This document shows, piece by piece, positions 26,829-31,695 of a stretch of 31,695 nucleotides of DNA. The translations under genes were made by a program, and so were the position numbers. The first letter of the stretch is position 1; each line of letters starts with the position of its first letter. Source of the stretch: Nitrososphaerota archaeon (GTDB lineage: Archaea > Thermoproteota > Nitrososphaeria > Nitrososphaerales > UBA57); assembly GCA_002713205.1 (NCBI GenBank), contig PAVW01000005.1:1-31695 (forward strand), in the 5' to 3' direction. The notes under the pieces are model-generated. The model was given only the letters and a program-made list of their open reading frames with translations. It did no database searches and was not told where the DNA came from.

Positions 26829-29147
26829 TTAATTTATTTTGTGCATTGCAATAAGATCATTTTTAAATAAATTCAATTCTTCAGGAATATTTATTGATAT
26901 TGGATCTCTTAACGAAATTCCTTTCTTCTGTTTTTCATTCCATACTTTTGAATTAAAATCGATTATATTTTGTGTATACTTAATATACCCAAAGTTCCAT
27001 TTCGCGAGTGGAAAAATTTGTTTATGGATGCTTTCATTTGAATAAACTTCTCTCCAGATTTTGTCTGTAATAAATGGCATTATTGGTGCAAGTAATAACA
27101 AAGATGTTTTAAGACATGTATGTAATGTTGACCAAGCTGCTAGTTTTGAATTTTCATCTACACCTATACCATAAGCTCTTTGCTTAACTATTTCCATATA
27201 ATGCGGAGCAAATACATTCCATATGAATTCTCTTACTTTGTTTGCTGGAATAAAGAAGTTAAAATCATTATATCCACTCACTGATTCCTTAACAACTTTG
27301 GATAGCTCATCCAATATCCATTTATCTGTGCCCAGTGGTGTTGATTCAACTAAAGGAAACATTGATATAAATTTAGAAATATTCCATAATTTAGTTAAGA
27401 ATTTTCCCATTCCATTAATTTTTGTTTCTGATATTCTAAAATCTGAACCTAAATTGACTTCTGATGCAGACCATAACCTAAATGTATCTGCACCGTTTTT
27501 TTCAAGGATTGGAATAGGATCAATTACATTGCCCTTACTCTTGCTCATTCTTTCACCTTTTTCATCTACTCCATATCCCATAATCCACGCATGAGTAAAT
27601 GGTAATTCATCCGTTAATTGAATACATCTTAATATTGTATAATGAAGCCACGTTCTGATTATGTCTTTAGATTGAGGCCTTAGTTGTGTTGGATACGTTT
27701 TATTGAAAAAAGAATCATCTCTATTATATTTACTAATAAAAAGTGGTGAAATACTAGAATCCATCCAAGTATCAAAAGTTCTTTCATCACCACTGAATTC
27801 TTCTTTATCACACTCCTTACATTTTTTAAATGGTGGAGATTCTATCCATGGTCTATAATATTTCCCAGGTTTTGGTAGATTCGGTGTCTTGCAAGCATTA
27901 CAATACCAAACAGGTATTTCAGTTGCATTATATCTGCGTCTAGATATTGGCCAATCAATTGTAATAGCTTCAATCCAATCTAGTAATCTTCGTCTATGTT
28001 CTTCTGGATGGAATTTTATTTTTTTGACTTGTTCTAATAAAGATTGTTTAAAATCAATTTGTTTTAGATAAAATTCTTCCATGGGTATTATCTCTATTGG
28101 AGTTTTACTTCTCTCACAAATTGGTGTTCTATGGTTAATTTCTTCAATTTTGGTTATTAGATTTAATCCTTTTAGATCTTCAATTATCCTATCTCTCGCC
28201 TCTTTTATTTTCAAACCATTATACTTGTTTGCATTTTCAGTCATTCGTCCTGCTGTATCAATACTGATTTTTTCCTGTAATTTTAATTCACGAAATAATA
28301 ACACATCTGTGTAATCACCATAACTACAAATCATAACTGCTCCAGACCCAAATTCCATTTTCGCACTTGGATGTGATTTTACCTTTACTATATTTCCAAA
28401 AATTGGAATTTCTACTTCTTGATTTATTACATCTTTAAATCTTTCATCTTCTGGATTAACTAATATTACTTGACAACTTGATAGTAATTCAGGCCTTGTA
28501 GTGGCAATTAACAGATGACCTTTTTCATTCTTCAATTTAAATTTAATAAATACTAATTTTGAAGGTAATTCCATATAATAAATTTCTGCATCAGCAATAG
28601 TGGTTCTACATTTAGAACAATAATTATTGGGTCTCATAGCTTGGTAAATTAAACCCTTTTCCCATAATTTGATAAATGTAGTCTGCGTTAATGCTCTATA
28701 GTCTTCTGAATCAGTCCTATAATATTGTTTAAATAACCCAGAAAGACCCATTTTCTTCATGGTGGCTATCATTTCAACCTCTAAATCATCCAGCGCAATT
28801 TTACATAATTTCATGAATTCCTCTCTTGGTGTTGAGATCATACTAATTTTGAATTTTTTTTCAGTGTAAATTTCAACAGGTAAGCCATTCCTGTCTATTC
28901 CTATTGGAAATAGCACATTATAATTCATCATTCGTGCAGTCCGTGCAATCATATCTATTTGCGAATAATGAGCAGCTGCACCTGTATGCCATGGCCTTCC
29001 CGATGGATATGGTGGTGGAGTATCTATAGTGAATATTTCTCTTTTATCTTCTATAGAAAAATCATATAATGATTCATTTTCCCACATTTCTGATATTTCT
29101 TTTTCTAAAGATACACTCCAATTCTTTTCTTTTAATTTTGAATTCAT
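26829..29147 (-). CDS. valS: Valine--tRNA ligase (class I; assignment among Val/Ile/Leu rests on length and motifs)
   Basis: TPPPYPSG...H.G, editing-domain ATTRPELL, KMSKS-type ERMSKSKGN, WISR(R/Q), Zn-binding CxxC pairs. 772 aa fits the compact archaeal ValRS. Confidence 0.7.
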   Translation of the reverse strand: MNSKLKEKNWSVSLEKEISEMWENESLYDFSIEDKREIFTIDTPPPYPSGRPWHTGAAAHYSQIDMIARTARMMNYNVLFPIGIDRNGLPVEIYTEKKFKISMISTPREEFMKLCKIALDDLEVEMIATMKKMGLSGLFKQYYRTDSEDYRALTQTTFIKLWEKGLIYQAMRPNNYCSKCRTTIADAEIYYMELPSKLVFIKFKLKNEKGHLLIATTRPELLSSCQVILVNPEDERFKDVINQEVEIPIFGNIVKVKSHPSAKMEFGSGAVMICSYGDYTDVLLFRELKLQEKISIDTAGRMTENANKYNGLKIKEARDRIIEDLKGLNLITKIEEINHRTPICERSKTPIEIIPMEEFYLKQIDFKQSLLEQVKKIKFHPEEHRRRLLDWIEAITIDWPISRRRYNATEIPVWYCNACKTPNLPKPGKYYRPWIESPPFKKCKECDKEEFSGDERTFDTWMDSSISPLFISKYNRDDSFFNKTYPTQLRPQSKDIIRTWLHYTILRCIQLTDELPFTHAWIMGYGVDEKGERMSKSKGNVIDPIPILEKNGADTFRLWSASEVNLGSDFRISETKINGMGKFLTKLWNISKFISMFPLVESTPLGTDKWILDELSKVVKESVSGYNDFNFFIPANKVREFIWNVFAPHYMEIVKQRAYGIGVDENSKLAAWSTLHTCLKTSLLLLAPIMPFITDKIWREVYSNESIHKQIFPLAKWNFGYIKYTQNIIDFNSKVWNEKQKKGISLRDPISINIPEELNLFKNDLIAMHKIN

Positions 29148-29193
29148 TTCATTCTCATCTCCTAAATTTTTGATTAGATGTTCTTCTCACATT

Positions 29194-29799
29194 TTAACTA
29201 ATGTTGTATCTTAATATTGCTCCTAGCCCACCAAAACTTAATAACATTTTTCCTTCTTCTGAATTACTTGATAAAACTTCTATTTTTGTTCCTGATTCTA
29301 CAGCTAAATCTTCTATAACCTCAATCAAATCTGTTTTAGTTAAAATAAAATCTTGTGCATCACATGCATGACATGATTTTTGTAAAAATTCCTGAATTTC
29401 TTTTACCATGTTTGTTCTTTTTATAATTTTTCCTTTATCAATTGAACATCTATTACATTTTTTTACAATCTTAAACATATCCAAATCTTCAGATACTAGA
29501 ATAACATCTGCCGCACCTTTTGTTATTACATCTATTACTTCTCTAACTCCATAAGCAACAAGAGGTTTTTCTTTATGCATCTCTGATAAAAATCGTTGTA
29601 TCAATTTCTTTTCTTCTATAATTCTCATATCCTTTAAAATATCTGCAGATTTATCTATTGCTTCTCTCACTCCTTCTGCTCCAGAATATGCCCCATCTAC
29701 CTCAGTTAAAATTTTTTCCTTTAATCTATAATCTAAATAATCACTTTTTAGGAATGACTCTTTTGTTGGTCCTGGCCCACTTAATATAATTCCTTTTAT
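29194..29799 (-). CDS. prf1: Peptide chain release factor aRF1, C-terminal fragment, in the -1 frame relative to the N-terminal fragment
   Basis: The frame is open from 29799. It reads IKGIILSGPGPTKESFLKSDYLDYRLKEKILTEVDGAYSGAEGVREAIDKS..., continuing aRF1 domains 2-3 without a gap. Joined length is 416 aa, the normal aRF1 size. Confidence 0.85.
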   Translation of the reverse strand: MKGIILSGPGPTKESFLKSDYLDYRLKEKILTEVDGAYSGAEGVREAIDKSADILKDMRIIEEKKLIQRFLSEMHKEKPLVAYGVREVIDVITKGAADVILVSEDLDMFKIVKKCNRCSIDKGKIIKRTNMVKEIQEFLQKSCHACDAQDFILTKTDLIEVIEDLAVESGTKIEVLSSNSEEGKMLLSFGGLGAILRYNIS

Positions 29800-30443
29800 T
29801 TTATTCCTTTCAAGAAATATTTTTTTGCATGATTTGCTACTCTTCTATAATAACCTGATAAGTTCTGTTCTCGTAATCTTTCGTATCTTCTAGCTGATTG
29901 CCCACCAGCTCTGGTTTTACCCCCAACTCCTGATGTAATTACTTCATCTATGTCTATTTTATTACCAGTTAGAATACCAAAACCTGTTTCAGTAGAATCT
30001 ATTGAAATTATTCCTATTATGTCTACATCTTTAATCATCTCCATTAAGTGTTCTAAATGAAAATGATCATCACATCTATACAGATATGTTTGAACAGGTT
30101 TTGGCGGAATGATTTCATTTACAAATATTTCCTCACTACCGGGTCCATTCGTCATTAAAGCTCCGACAAATAAAACCAATCCATTGTCGGGAGTTCTTTT
30201 AAAAAGTTTCAACTTTTGTTGTGTTTTTGTCAATGCATCCTGAACATGATTTCTGGTTAAATCTGATTTTATATTAGTTGCAGTTCCATATTCCTCTCTT
30301 AAATTTGCTATTACATCATGAAGTGCTTTTTTCGCTGGAATGTATAAAGAAATTAACTCAGTACCTCTGCCTGTTTTTGCAGATAACTCTTTCAATATCC
30401 TTCTAGTTTTGTATAATGCTAAAGAATCAATATTACTTGGCAA
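29796..30443 (-). CDS. prf1: Peptide chain release factor aRF1, N-terminal fragment (domains 1-2 with the GGQ motif), ending at an in-frame TAA
   Basis: TGRGTELISLYIP, NIKS-like ATNIKS, and GGKTRAGGQSARRYERLRE (GGQ). TTG start preceded by AAGGUGA. Confidence 0.85.
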   Translation of the reverse strand: MPSNIDSLALYKTRRILKELSAKTGRGTELISLYIPAKKALHDVIANLREEYGTATNIKSDLTRNHVQDALTKTQQKLKLFKRTPDNGLVLFVGALMTNGPGSEEIFVNEIIPPKPVQTYLYRCDDHFHLEHLMEMIKDVDIIGIISIDSTETGFGILTGNKIDIDEVITSGVGGKTRAGGQSARRYERLREQNLSGYYRRVANHAKKYFLKGIK

Positions 30444-30544
30444 AAATTCACCTTTATGATTATTCTACGAAGTCTAGATGTTATATTACATTTATTAATA
30501 AATGAAAATTAATAAGACATTTACTTGTAGACATAAGTGGTTAA

Positions 30545-31222
30545 ATGAAAACCGTAGTAATTAAATTAAGTGGCAGTTTATTCACATTCGATAATGGTAT
30601 GTCTAATATTGAGAAAATAATAAAAACACTTGAGGAAATTACTATAAACCCGTATAATTTTCGAGTTGTTGCGGTAGCAGGCGGAGGAAAACTGGCTAGA
30701 ACTATCCAAGATGTATCTAGATCATTCAATGCCGACGAAGCTTTTCTAGATCAACTAGGAATAGATATTTCTCGTGTTCATGCAAAATTACTTACTTGTA
30801 CAACTAATTCATACCATGATGTTCCACAAACTTTAGATGAAGTTATTCACAGTATTTCTTCTTCAAAACTTGTGTTTAGCGGAGGTTTGTCTCCAGGACA
30901 AAGTACTAATGCCACTGCTGCATTAATTGCCGAAAGAACAAAAGCAGAATTATTTATCAATACTACTGACGTAGATGGTGTTTTTACATCTGATCCAAGA
31001 AAAGATAATACTGCCAAATTAGTTGAATCAATTACTATACATGACTTACTGTCTAAAATCATTGGTGATAAAATGAATGCAGGTGCTTATGACTTGATGG
31101 ATTTGCTTTCTCTAAAAATTATTGAACGTTCAAAAATTCCAACCGTAATAACAAAATGTGATAGTGAATGTATTAAATCTGTAATTTCTGGCAACTCTAC
31201 TGGAACAAAAATTACATTTTAA
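30545..31222 (+). CDS. pyrH: UMP kinase (archaeal type)
   Basis: VVIKLSGSLF, VAVAGGGKLAR, FSGGLSPGQSTNATAALIAE, TDVDGVFTSDPRKD. Confidence 0.85.
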   Translation: MKTVVIKLSGSLFTFDNGMSNIEKIIKTLEEITINPYNFRVVAVAGGGKLARTIQDVSRSFNADEAFLDQLGIDISRVHAKLLTCTTNSYHDVPQTLDEVIHSISSSKLVFSGGLSPGQSTNATAALIAERTKAELFINTTDVDGVFTSDPRKDNTAKLVESITIHDLLSKIIGDKMNAGAYDLMDLLSLKIIERSKIPTVITKCDSECIKSVISGNSTGTKITF

Positions 31223-31552
31223 TTATAACAAATCTCTTTGAAAACATGTTTTTGTATTTTTATGACAAGCATTACCTGTTTGTTCTACAAGATAAATTAA
31301 AGTGTCTTCATCACAATCTACTTTTATTTCTAATACTTTTTGTACATTGCCTGACTCTTCACCTTTCTTCCAAAGCTTATCACGTGATCTGCTCCAATAA
31401 TAACCATAACCTGTTTTGATTGTTTCCTGTACTGCCAAACGATTCGTATAAGCCAACATTAGTATCTCTTTTGATTGATTATCTTGCACAATCACTGGAA
31501 CTAATCCCTGACCCTTATCAAAATTTATATCGTTTGTTGATAACTTTGTCAT
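31223..31552 (-). CDS. hisI: Phosphoribosyl-AMP cyclohydrolase
   Basis: [57 protein letters not shown]. Confidence 0.9.
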   Translation of the reverse strand: MTKLSTNDINFDKGQGLVPVIVQDNQSKEILMLAYTNRLAVQETIKTGYGYYWSRSRDKLWKKGEESGNVQKVLEIKVDCDEDTLIYLVEQTGNACHKNTKTCFQRDLL

Positions 31553-31695
31553 GTTCTTACTAAGACCTGATTTTCTAATAAAAATTGCTTTACTGTAGAT
31601 ATAGAAAATTCATTATAATGAAAAATTGATGCTGCTAATGCTGCATCAGCTTTACCTTCTTGAAACACAGTTACAAAATGTTCTAACTTTCCACA
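31549..31695 (-). CDS. hisF: Imidazole glycerol phosphate synthase cyclase subunit HisF, C-terminal 48 codons. The 5' end lies outside the window and the ORF is not in the track.
   Basis: My minus-strand translation is [48 protein letters not shown], matching the HisF C-terminus ([13 protein letters not shown]....K.YL). The stop overlaps the hisI ATG (ATGA). Confidence 0.8.
   Translation of the reverse strand, partial: CGKLEHFVTVFQEGKADAALAASIFHYNEFSISTVKQFLLENQVLVRT

Noticed and set aside
27223-27594. 123-aa plus-strand ORF inside valS, plus neighbouring ORFs 26839..27045, 27889..28071, 28081..28314 and 29029..29214
   Set aside because: All are antisense to the continuous 772-aa synthetase ORF and lack recognisable motifs. 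The same applies to 23402..23641 and 23840..24085 within topA, and to 30541..30729 and 30847..31062 opposite pyrH.
29671-29795. Apparent 125-bp intergenic gap between the two aRF1 ORFs
   Set aside because: It is not intergenic. The -1 frame is open across the whole gap and encodes the conserved aRF1 segment IKGIILSGPGPTKESF...AYSGAEGV. The track ORF 29194..29670 simply begins at an internal GTG.

Overview
This is an AT-rich, very gene-dense archaeal chromosomal segment. The archaeal assignment rests on PCNA, TFS, RpoL, aRF1, exosome Csl4, Dph2, Tsr3 and a type-A-like RNase P RNA. Gene content and composition fit a Nitrososphaerota/Thaumarchaeota-like genome, but that is inference only. I call about 40 protein genes, mostly housekeeping: NAD synthesis (nadA/nadC), amino-acid metabolism (pheA, ilvE, hisI, hisF), replication and transcription factors, topoisomerase IA, ValRS, UMP kinase and a membrane-anchored subtilisin. 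There are two RNA genes, RNase P RNA and tRNA-Gly(CCC). I see no CRISPR array, transposase, integrase or obvious defence island. Three things deserve a second look. (1) A GC-rich, riboswitch-like leader with an anti-SD/SD pairing lies upstream of a QueT-family transporter gene. (2) The essential aRF1 gene is split by an in-frame TAA directly after an A-run, and a -1 slip restores a normal 416-aa protein. This is either a homopolymer error or mutation, or an RF2-like autoregulatory recoding site. (3) A 7-deazaguanine (preQ0/archaeosine precursor) cluster, folE2-queD-queC, lacks queE and carries a translationally coupled MBL-fold hydrolase. Smaller observations are a perfect 15-bp coding tandem repeat at the left edge, a perfect 10-bp hairpin abutting RNase P RNA, a YqgF-like nuclease paired with a P-loop-less RecA-like protein, and an atypical HIGH motif in ValRS.
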